Positions 47,419 to 54,456 of a DNA stretch of 54,456 nucleotides are shown in pieces; the first letter of the stretch is position 1, and each line of letters opens with the position of its first letter. Below the pieces are notes generated by a model, which did no database searches, was not told the origin of the DNA, and was given only the letters and a program-made list of their open reading frames with translations. The stretch lies in the IMG/VR virus record IMGVR_UViG_3300032288_004103; one strand, 5' to 3'. A program made the position numbers and the translations under genes. Origin of the DNA: an uncultured virus (IMG/VR IMGVR_UViG_3300032288_004103). Its lineage: Duplodnaviria > Heunggongvirae > Uroviricota > Caudoviricetes.

Positions 47419-49688
47419 AAAGAATTTTAATTACAGAAAGACAATATAAAAAAATAGTAAAGGTATTAAATGAACAAACATTAAAATTTAATAACCCTCA
47501 AGATGAAAAAGATTTAAGTCATGATTCTATACATACATTAACATACTTAATTGCCAAATTTAAAGAATTTAGTATCACTAAAGATGTTTATGTCGATAAA
47601 ATAGAAAATGGTGTGGTTTATTTAGATAAATCAAAATACACTTCTGATGAAATTAAAAAGATTGAAGGGTTTATAGAAACATATATTGCTTATAATGTTA
47701 ACCCTAGAGATAAAGTCTTAACAAATGATTTGGGATTTGATAGTGGTATAGATTCTGATGTTGCAGTTGTAGATAATGATAATTCGGATGTTGCGGTTGT
47801 AGATAATGATAATTCAGATGTTGCGGAAATAGAAGATAATTCGGATGTTGCGGAAATAGATAATTCTGAAGAAGAGGTATTTAAAACATTAGAGGCGTGT
47901 AATTTTGGTAAAAATAATAAAGGTAATAAACGAAAAGTGATTTTACCACCATCTATGGATATTAAATTTTATCAAGATATATTAAAATCTATTGGGACAA
48001 ATGTTACTTGTGAAAAAATGTTATTTTTCTTTGCTTGGAGATCTGGAGAACATTCCGAATCTTCCTATAATCCTTTTGCTACTACGTATAGGGATGAGAA
48101 AAATGAAGGTTGTTTTCATAATTGTTTACCAGAATATAAATCGGGGTTAAGTATTAGAGATTGCATAACACCAACAGGTTGTAGATCATGTAAATCAAAA
48201 TGTGTTGGTGGTGTTAGAAATTATAAAACATATAATTCAGGATTAAACGCTACAGTTAAAACTTTAACTAATGGTAAATATAAGAATGTTGTTAGAAAAT
48301 TAAAAGATGATAGGTCAACCGCTTATGATATTGCTTCGGAAGTAGATGAATTAAGCCTTTGGGGTACTGGTGGATTAGTCATTGAAGTTATAAAATGGAA
48401 TGGCACTATAAAACCAACCCCAATTAAAAAATATGAAGGAGGTACAATAGAAGATGACAATTGTACATTAACTGCAGATGAACGAAAATTATATAACCAA
48501 CATATAAAAACTACTGCAGATGGTAATGCATTTAGAAATTGGGTTAATCAAGACAATTATAGGTTGAACTATGTTAATAGAATGTTGTCTGATTGTGATT
48601 TAAATACTGGTTTAGATGTAACAGGGACTTTAAACAATTATGTTGAAACCGCATTTAAACATAAGGGTAAAGAATGGGTTAGATTGGGTAAACCTGGTTA
48701 TGACACACAAATAGAAGATGATGAATTTGTTGGGAGTGGTAAGTTTATTGTGGGTAAAAGTATGAGGATAGATAAAAATGGTCCAGCAAATCACGCTAGT
48801 AGAAAATTAGGAAACTGGCAATCGGATAATGCTACTGATATACCTGAAAAACCAGGAAGCGTTGTTTATTCAATAACAAAAGGAACTGTTAAAAAAATTG
48901 CGGGAAATCAAAACGATCATAAGGGTAGTGTTTATGGTGCACAAGTAACTGTTACAGGTGAAAATGGATATCCTGATATTTTTTATACCCATTTACAAAA
49001 TTTAAAAGTATCTGTAGGACAAAAAGTTGATTTAGGGACACCAATTGCAGAAATATCTAGATGGGATAGTGGTTCATACCATCATGTACATGTTGGGTTA
49101 CCTTATGGTGAAAAATTAAGTTCGTTCATCGATATGGAAACGGGAGAAATAAAAGGTAGTAGTAATAAAAAAACAGAACCTAATAAAAAAACAGAACCTA
49201 ATAAAAAATCTAATAAAAGACCTAATAAAAAAGAACAACATGTTGCCGATATTAATAATAAATATGAAAAAAGTTCTTTATTAACTTATAGCCCTAATGC
49301 GGGTGGCGATAGGGATAGAGGTACTATTAATCCTGCTTTAGTAAGTGATATAATAAAAGCTTTAAAAATTGCTAACATTACTGCAGAAATATCATATTCT
49401 AGAACTGGTCATAAAAAATATACCAGTAGTGGACATATTAGTAGGCATTGGTCAGGACATGGTGTAGACATATCAGTAATAAATGGGGAAGGTAATAAGG
49501 GTGGTAATGGAATAAACAAAGGTTTGAGTAACCCAAATTTTATGAAAAATGGGGATAAATTAGTTAAAGCTTTAGAGTCTTTAGGTTATAGCTTTGGTGA
49601 GGTAGGTAAAGATAAAGGGTATTTATGGAGAACAAATACTGGAGGAAATCATTGGAATCACGTACATGTGTCTAGAATGAGTAAATAA
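47415..49688 (+). CDS. Multidomain peptidoglycan hydrolase (lysozyme-like + M23 + C-terminal His-rich peptidase)
   Basis: AW..GE....YNPFATT...GVRNY....GLNATVKTL (lysozyme-like); D....GS.VYS...GTV..FYTHL...V.VGQKV..G..I..HVHVG (M23); SRHWSGHGVDIS...HWNHVHVS (M15/LAS-like). Confidence 0.7.
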   Translation: MKRILITERQYKKIVKVLNEQTLKFNNPQDEKDLSHDSIHTLTYLIAKFKEFSITKDVYVDKIENGVVYLDKSKYTSDEIKKIEGFIETYIAYNVNPRDKVLTNDLGFDSGIDSDVAVVDNDNSDVAVVDNDNSDVAEIEDNSDVAEIDNSEEEVFKTLEACNFGKNNKGNKRKVILPPSMDIKFYQDILKSIGTNVTCEKMLFFFAWRSGEHSESSYNPFATTYRDEKNEGCFHNCLPEYKSGLSIRDCITPTGCRSCKSKCVGGVRNYKTYNSGLNATVKTLTNGKYKNVVRKLKDDRSTAYDIASEVDELSLWGTGGLVIEVIKWNGTIKPTPIKKYEGGTIEDDNCTLTADERKLYNQHIKTTADGNAFRNWVNQDNYRLNYVNRMLSDCDLNTGLDVTGTLNNYVETAFKHKGKEWVRLGKPGYDTQIEDDEFVGSGKFIVGKSMRIDKNGPANHASRKLGNWQSDNATDIPEKPGSVVYSITKGTVKKIAGNQNDHKGSVYGAQVTVTGENGYPDIFYTHLQNLKVSVGQKVDLGTPIAEISRWDSGSYHHVHVGLPYGEKLSSFIDMETGEIKGSSNKKTEPNKKTEPNKKSNKRPNKKEQHVADINNKYEKSSLLTYSPNAGGDRDRGTINPALVSDIIKALKIANITAEISYSRTGHKKYTSSGHISRHWSGHGVDISVINGEGNKGGNGINKGLSNPNFMKNGDKLVKALESLGYSFGEVGKDKGYLWRTNTGGNHWNHVHVSRMSK
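47751..47868 (+). repeat. Acidic tandem repeats (SDVAVVDNDN x2, SDVAEI.. x2)
   Basis: 30-nt units followed by 27/24-nt units, visible at DNA level. Confidence 0.85.
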
Positions 49689-49710
49689 TAAAAATAATTT
49701 AGTTTTTTAA

Positions 49711-50094
49711 ATGGATGATAAAAAATACGGTGGAGTTTTATTGATAGATACAACATCAAATAATTTTTTATTATGTCAAAGAGGTAAAAATGTTACATTT
49801 GCCAATTCTTGGTCATTATTTGGTGGTAAAATAGAACGTGATGAAGATGTTTTAGATGGGGTTAAAAGAGAATTGTATGAGGAGAGTAAAATAAACCCTA
49901 AAAATGTGATATTTAAATTGTTTGAAGTACAAAATGATATGGGTTATCCTTATTATTTTTATTTAGGTTTCTGTAATGGTAAATTGAAATGTCAAATCAA
50001 CGAAGAAAATCAAGATTGGGGTTGGTTTTCAATGGAAAATTTACCAAAACCATTATTTCCTACACTTTATTCTTCACTAGTTAGAATTTTTTAA
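49711..50094 (+). CDS. NUDIX hydrolase
   Basis: Nudix box GGKIERDEDVLDGVKRELYEES. Confidence 0.85.
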   Translation: MDDKKYGGVLLIDTTSNNFLLCQRGKNVTFANSWSLFGGKIERDEDVLDGVKRELYEESKINPKNVIFKLFEVQNDMGYPYYFYLGFCNGKLKCQINEENQDWGWFSMENLPKPLFPTLYSSLVRIF

Positions 50095-50107
50095 TTATAC
50101 TTATATT

Positions 50108-50299
50108 ATGGATGAAATTAAAAAAATACAATCTGATTTAGAATTAGAGAAATTAAAAACTCAATTAAAAAAAGAACAGTTCGTAAAACAAATTAAATCT
50201 GGTTTAGGTGAACACATAAAAAATAATGGTGGTAAAGTTAATGTAATTAAAAAATCAAGATTTAAAAAATTTTGGGAAAAAGTTTTAAAAATATTTTAA
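50108..50299 (+). CDS. Small basic hypothetical protein
   Basis: 63 aa, tightly packed with its neighbours. Confidence 0.55.
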   Translation: MDEIKKIQSDLELEKLKTQLKKEQFVKQIKSGLGEHIKNNGGKVNVIKKSRFKKFWEKVLKIF

Positions 50300-50300
50300 T

Positions 50301-50522
50301 ATGAATTTAGAAAAAGTTTTAGAAATTGCAAATGAGTGTGTCCAAAACGAAAAAATAGAACATGAAGGTTTAACTATGTTATATAAATTAGATAAAAATA
50401 CACATCTTAAATTAGATGAAGAGTTATTCTATAATACAAATAATAACTTATCCAACTTCGTACACAACGAAATTATAGAAATTAATATTGCAGGAATTAC
50501 TTTTATTTTTGAAATACAGTAA
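50301..50522 (+). CDS. Small hypothetical protein
   Basis: 73 aa, starting 1 nt after the previous stop. Confidence 0.55.
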   Translation: MNLEKVLEIANECVQNEKIEHEGLTMLYKLDKNTHLKLDEELFYNTNNNLSNFVHNEIIEINIAGITFIFEIQ

Positions 50523-50523
50523 T

Positions 50524-50552
50524 TTGACATTTTAACAATTTTTCCATATAAT
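50524..50552 (+). promoter_or_regulatory. Perfect canonical sigma70 promoter TTGACA-N17-TATAAT
   Basis: TTGACA 50524-29 and TATAAT 50547-52, upstream of 50568. Confidence 0.55.
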
Positions 50553-50567
50553 TAAAAAAATATTAAT

Positions 50568-51578
50568 ATGGAAGAAAAAAATACTTACGAAAATTTTATG
50601 GATTTTTTATTGGGTGATCAAAATGAAACTTTTGATAATGGTTTGTCACACCCTAGTGTTGAGTTTGAAAATAATGAAAGAAAACAGGCGGATGAGATAT
50701 TAGAGAGTAGGTTAATAGAATATCATTGTTGTGAAAGATTTTACGGTGTAGAAAAATTAGTTTGTGATAACTTTAAAAAATTAGGTTCTTGGATATCTGA
50801 CAGAGATGGTTTAAATATGTTAGATACTATTAACTTCGTATTAAAAGATCATACGGACTGTGAGAATTTAAATTCTAAATACCAAAAACCATTAGAGTAT
50901 CTTTATAAAACAAAAAAATTTGATGATATTATAAAAAAAACTGATGGCACTTATTATACTAAAAAATTAGAAAATTGTTGTTTAGTTAAAGATGAAAATG
51001 GTGAATGGGATTATGTTAATAAATTAAATAGTAATTATAGTGATACATCGGAATTATTAACTACATTATTTTTAAAAGGTGGACAAATAGATAAGTTATC
51101 TAAAATGAACACTGTTGAGATTAAAAATTACCTATTAACACTTAAAGGTAAAACTATGAATAAATTACTTGAAAAGTATTTTACCATAGAAGATTATAAG
51201 GATTATACTTACAATACTAGAAATAATACTAAAGTCGGTGATTATGTAGAGAATCTATCAAAAGAGTTACTCAAAAACGAAGGTTACACATTATTATATG
51301 AAGGTGGTAATGGTAACTTTATTGATATGATTTATGGTATTGATATGATTATGGAAAAAGATGGTAATATCTACCTGATACAAGTAAAAAGTAAATCTTA
51401 TATTGCGAAAAAAAGTATTATGAATGAAAGATATAGATATATAGATATTTTTATTGGTGAATCACCAGATTATAATGGGATAAATTGTTACTTCAGAGAA
51501 GATGGTTTTAATGAAAGGTTTATGGGAAGAGATACTATGAAAAAGAATATTGAATATTTAAAAAATTTATATAAATAA
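50568..51578 (+). CDS. Hypothetical protein with C-terminal PD-(D/E)XK-like nuclease motif
   Basis: GDYVE...GIDMIMEKDGNIYLIQVKS. Confidence 0.5.
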   Translation: MEEKNTYENFMDFLLGDQNETFDNGLSHPSVEFENNERKQADEILESRLIEYHCCERFYGVEKLVCDNFKKLGSWISDRDGLNMLDTINFVLKDHTDCENLNSKYQKPLEYLYKTKKFDDIIKKTDGTYYTKKLENCCLVKDENGEWDYVNKLNSNYSDTSELLTTLFLKGGQIDKLSKMNTVEIKNYLLTLKGKTMNKLLEKYFTIEDYKDYTYNTRNNTKVGDYVENLSKELLKNEGYTLLYEGGNGNFIDMIYGIDMIMEKDGNIYLIQVKSKSYIAKKSIMNERYRYIDIFIGESPDYNGINCYFREDGFNERFMGRDTMKKNIEYLKNLYK

Positions 51579-51582
51579 AAAT

Positions 51583-51613
51583 TTTGTTATTTAAAAAATT
51601 ATTATTAGATTTG
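51583..51613 (+). promoter_or_regulatory. Bacteroidetes-type sigma70 promoter
   Basis: TTTG(51583-86)-N19-TAGATTTG(51606-13). Confidence 0.6.
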
Positions 51614-51627
51614 TAAAAAAAATAGAT

Positions 51628-52254
51628 ATGGGATGTGATGTTCATATGTTTTCTGAAAAATTAAATAAAGAAACTAATAAGTGGGAATTTATTGAAAATA
51701 AATATATAGATACTTATACCTTATGGAAAATTGGTGATTATATGAATAACAATTTAGGTTTACCTAAAGATGAATGTGAAGATATGTTTATTAGATACAT
51801 TAGAAATGAAGAACCTAAAAATAAACTGGAGGAATCTATATTTAATAAATTTTTGAAAGATCTTACGCATGATGATCCTAATGTTCATTGGAGTGATCAA
51901 ACTAAATTACCCTACCCATTTTCTAGTCAACCTTATAGTGGTAGAAATTATAATTTATTTGGTGCATTAGCGGGTGTTAGACATAATGATATGGAATTAA
52001 TTGCGGAAATAGATAGAGGATTACCTGAAGATGTGTGTGATGAAATACGTTCAGCGAGTGATGATTGGGATATGGATGGACATTCTCATAATTATATTTA
52101 TCTAAAAGAAATTCTTGAAAGTAGTTATTATAAACAAAGTGATGAGGAGTTAGACGAATATGGTTTAGTATCTTTTTTTAGACATACTGTCAGTGAATTA
52201 ATGAGAATGGGTGATCCTGAAGAGGTTAGAATAGTATTTTGGTTCGATAATTAA
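51628..52254 (+). CDS. Conserved phage hypothetical protein (MGCDxH...RNY.LF..LAGVR...FWFDN family)
   Basis: MGCDVH, GRNYNLFGALAGVR, RGLPED, HSH and RIVFWFDN motifs. Confidence 0.7.
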   Translation: MGCDVHMFSEKLNKETNKWEFIENKYIDTYTLWKIGDYMNNNLGLPKDECEDMFIRYIRNEEPKNKLEESIFNKFLKDLTHDDPNVHWSDQTKLPYPFSSQPYSGRNYNLFGALAGVRHNDMELIAEIDRGLPEDVCDEIRSASDDWDMDGHSHNYIYLKEILESSYYKQSDEELDEYGLVSFFRHTVSELMRMGDPEEVRIVFWFDN

Positions 52255-52280
52255 AAAAAAATAAAAAAAACAAAAAAATA

Positions 52281-52312
52281 TTTGACTTTTTAAAATATTG
52301 TATATATATTTG
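52281..52312 (+). promoter_or_regulatory. Bacteroidetes-type sigma70 promoter for the DUF2828-ncRNA unit
   Basis: TTTG(52281-84)-N20-TATATTTG(52305-12). Confidence 0.65.
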
Positions 52313-52348
52313 TATTCACAAACAGATAAAAAATCAAAAAAAGATATT

Positions 52349-53764
52349 ATGAGTGATATTAAAATCGATAAAATGGAAGAACAAAATGTTACCTTAACAG
52401 ATAATGGTATGGTTACAAATCCTACAACACTTAATAGTTGTGTGGATTTATTTTTCTCTATTGGGTCGATGAGGGGAAAATCTAAAGATAAAGTTGTGAA
52501 ACTTTTTTCTGAAGCGTTTAATGAAAACCCTTTAGTTGCAACAAAAATTCTTTTTTGGGTTAGAGATGTTAGAGGTGGTGCTGGTGAGAGAAAGATTTTT
52601 AGAGATATTATCTCACAGTTAACCTTAGATACTCCACAAACAGTTAGGAAAAATATTTCTTTAATACCTGAATTTGGTAGATGGGATGATATTTTAGTCT
52701 TATTGGGTACTGAGTTAGAAGACGATATGTTTTCACTTATTAAAACCGCATTATCAAACGGTGATGGTTTATGTGCAAAATGGATGCCTAGAAAAGGTGA
52801 ATTTGCTAACAAACTTAGAAGATTGTTTAAGGTAACACCTAAACAATATAGAAAGATGTTGGTAGAATTAACCAATGTTGTGGAAACTAAGATGTGTGCT
52901 AAGGAATGGGAGAAAATAGATTATTCTAAACTTCCATCTTTAGCGTCATCTAGATATCAAAAATCTTTTAATAGAAATGATAGTCAAAGATATGAAGAAT
53001 ATAAACAATCATTATTAGAAGGTACTACAAAAATTAATGCTGGTGCTGTTTACCCATATGACATTATCAAATCTATGGAAAACGGTGGAGATGATGTTGT
53101 GAATAACGCACAATGGGATTCCTTACCAAATTGGATGGAAGGTTCAGTAGAAAGAATTTTACCTGTGGTGGATGTATCAGGATCTATGAGTTGTCCTGTT
53201 GGTGGAAATCCTAATCTAACTTGTATGAACGTTGCCATCTCTTTAGGTATGTATATATCAGAAAGAAATGAAGGTGGATTTAAAGATGCTTTTATAACAT
53301 TTTCTGATTCACCACAATTAGAATATTTAACAGGTAATCTTAGACAAAGATATAATCAGTTATCTAGGGCAGATTGGGGTATGTCTACAAACTTAGAAAG
53401 AGTTTTCCAACTAATTCTAAAACAAGCGAAAAGTAAAAATATTAGTGAGGATGTAATGCCAACTAAGATTTTAATTTTATCCGATATGCAATTCAATGCG
53501 GCATCTAGAAAAGAATTTAATTCTCAAGGGATGATTGAATCGATGTATGAAGAAGCAGGATATAAAATTCCAGATATTATCTATTGGAATCTAAATGCGA
53601 GTGGGGGTAATTTCCCTGTTGAGTTTGATAAAAATGGTACGGCATTAGTATCAGGATTTAGTCCGTCTATTCTAAAATCAATTTTAGGTGGTAAGAATAT
53701 GACACCAGAGTCCATAATGATGGATACTGTTAATGATGAAAGATATAGTGTTATAACTATATAA
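52349..53764 (+). CDS. DUF2828-family protein with C-terminal vWA (MIDAS) domain; predicted TROVE/Ro60-like
   Basis: ATG 52349 lies downstream of the promoter. Motifs: RDVRGGAGER, EFGRWDD, AKWMPR, VETKMCA..W..IDYSKLPS, KINAGAVYPYDI, then vWA DVSGSM, TFS, WGMSTN, SDMQF, WNL and SGFS. Confidence 0.85.
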   Translation: MSDIKIDKMEEQNVTLTDNGMVTNPTTLNSCVDLFFSIGSMRGKSKDKVVKLFSEAFNENPLVATKILFWVRDVRGGAGERKIFRDIISQLTLDTPQTVRKNISLIPEFGRWDDILVLLGTELEDDMFSLIKTALSNGDGLCAKWMPRKGEFANKLRRLFKVTPKQYRKMLVELTNVVETKMCAKEWEKIDYSKLPSLASSRYQKSFNRNDSQRYEEYKQSLLEGTTKINAGAVYPYDIIKSMENGGDDVVNNAQWDSLPNWMEGSVERILPVVDVSGSMSCPVGGNPNLTCMNVAISLGMYISERNEGGFKDAFITFSDSPQLEYLTGNLRQRYNQLSRADWGMSTNLERVFQLILKQAKSKNISEDVMPTKILILSDMQFNAASRKEFNSQGMIESMYEEAGYKIPDIIYWNLNASGGNFPVEFDKNGTALVSGFSPSILKSILGGKNMTPESIMMDTVNDERYSVITI

Positions 53765-53766
53765 AC

Positions 53767-53778
53767 GTTCTTTGAAAA
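53767..53778 (+). promoter_or_regulatory. boxA-like antitermination element
   Basis: GTTCTTTGAAAA starts 2 nt after the stop codon and ends just before the structured RNA; it resembles rrn boxA. Confidence 0.5.
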
Positions 53779-53780
53779 TA

Positions 53781-53945
53781 TTTTGTGGTAGCTAAGGAAT
53801 AATTGCAGCAAATTTTAACTACATAAATATAGCTACATATGATCGAGGGCTTTGATAACCCGTCTATCCACAAGGGTGTAAACCGTGAAAGCGGGGGACC
53901 ACTCAGAGTTAGACAAAAGTGTCAAACAATTCCGATACCACAAAA
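53781..53945 (+). ncRNA. Putative structured ncRNA 1 (Y-RNA-like closing stem)
   Basis: TTTTGTGGTA(53781-90) pairs with TACCACAAAA(53936-45), and GGAAT(53796-800) with ATTCC(53929-33). Internal hairpins are CCGT-GAAA-GCGG and GACA-aaag-TGTC. Confidence 0.65.
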
Positions 53946-53952
53946 CTTATTA

Positions 53953-54273
53953 GGTGTACTGGATTGGGGATTAACGTATCCCCTTTAAGTCCGATAAACG
54001 AATGGTTTCTGCAAACATCTTACTTGACAAAAAGCAGATGGACCGAGGTTTTACCACTTTACCTCAAATTAAAGTATAAAGTGGCGACCATAGGGGAGTT
54101 TGAGAAATTCTCACACTTTAGGTCGTAAAACATACCTCTTGGTTATCACAAGTAAAAAAAGATAGTTGGATTTGTCTCAATTTAAAAAAAGACACCCGAA
54201 CCAAAATGGGTTAATAATGTTGGGGTGGGTACTCTACCACTTAAAAAATCAAAGGACCACCATTCCGACACCA
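53953..54273 (+). ncRNA. Putative structured ncRNA 2 (same closing motifs, larger inserts)
   Basis: GGTGT(53953-57)/ACACC(54268-72) and GAATGGT(54000-06)/ACCATTC(54259-65). Internal stems: GGGGAT/ATCCCC, CATCT/AGATG, CCACTTTA/TAAAGTGG, CGACC/GGTCG, TGAGA/TCTCA, GAGGT/ACCTC. Confidence 0.65.
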
Positions 54274-54279
54274 TTATTT

Positions 54280-54307
54280 AAAAGGGAAGAGAAATCTTCC
54301 CTTTTTT
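54280..54307 (+). terminator. Rho-independent terminator
   Basis: AAAAGGGAAGA-GAAA-TCTTCCCTTTT followed by further Ts. Confidence 0.85.
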
Positions 54308-54378
54308 ATTTTATAACATTTACTATGTCAGATATTTTCAGTAATTTTTAATATAATAATAAAATTAAAAAAATATAT

Positions 54379-54456
54379 ATGAAAATTATTAGTAAAAATC
54401 ATTCTTTAAATAAAGGTATTAGAGGTTATTTAGTTTATTTAGTTGATGATAACTCA
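54379..54456 (+). CDS. 3'-partial ORF (MKIISKNHSLNKGIRGYLVYLVDDNS...)
   Basis: ATG after an A-rich leader; open to the window end. Confidence 0.4.
   Translation, partial: MKIISKNHSLNKGIRGYLVYLVDDNS

Noticed and set aside
52198..52875. 225-aa minus-strand ORF and the other short antisense ORFs in the track
   Set aside because: They are shadows of well-supported plus-strand genes, with no motifs or initiation signals.
53765..54300. tRNA genes, tmRNA or a CRISPR array in the GC-richer region
   Set aside because: There is no cloverleaf or GTTCRA T-loop, no tag reading frame recognised, and no regularly spaced identical repeats.
53919..54351. ORFs 53919..54128 and 54166..54351
   Set aside because: They have non-ATG starts and atypical composition, overlap extensive RNA stems, and the second runs through the terminator; ncRNA explains the region better.
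1..54456. Stop-codon reassignment as in some Bacteroidota megaphages
   Set aside because: Code 11 already gives very long uninterrupted ORFs and near-complete coding density; TAG and TGA act as stops at sensible gene ends.

Overview
A very AT-rich, gene-dense segment of a large tailed (jumbo-type) dsDNA phage, read in standard code 11, with no CRISPR array, tRNA or IS element. The host is most likely Bacteroidota. The evidence is a Bacteroidetes-type short RpoD sigma factor, repeated TTTG-N19/20-TAnnTTTG promoters, an Hc1-like nucleoid protein, and Bacteroidetes-style signal peptides. Positions 1-25870 encode a Cys-rich tail/baseplate/fibre module. Positions 25888-35041 encode replication and recombination functions (RuvC-like, primase, PD-(D/E)XK exonuclease, SbcD, SbcC) plus the sigma factor. 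Positions 35102-52254 mix membrane and lysis genes, peptidoglycan hydrolases and many hypothetical proteins; many of these have N-terminal basic leaders ending in (I/L)-x-E and sit behind a recurring ATATTTAT late-promoter-like motif. The most striking locus is at the right end. A DUF2828/vWA (predicted TROVE/Ro60-like) gene is followed immediately by a boxA-like sequence, two tandem GC-richer structured non-coding units and a terminator. Both units close with the same bulged stem and share motifs (GAATRRTTNCWGCAAA ... ATTCCGAYACCA), which makes this a candidate phage Ro60/Y-RNA-like ribonucleoprotein system. A second unusual element is a duplicated divergent-promoter cassette that pairs leader-bearing late genes with convergent exported proteins. 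All family assignments come from recognising motifs by eye; no database searches were run.
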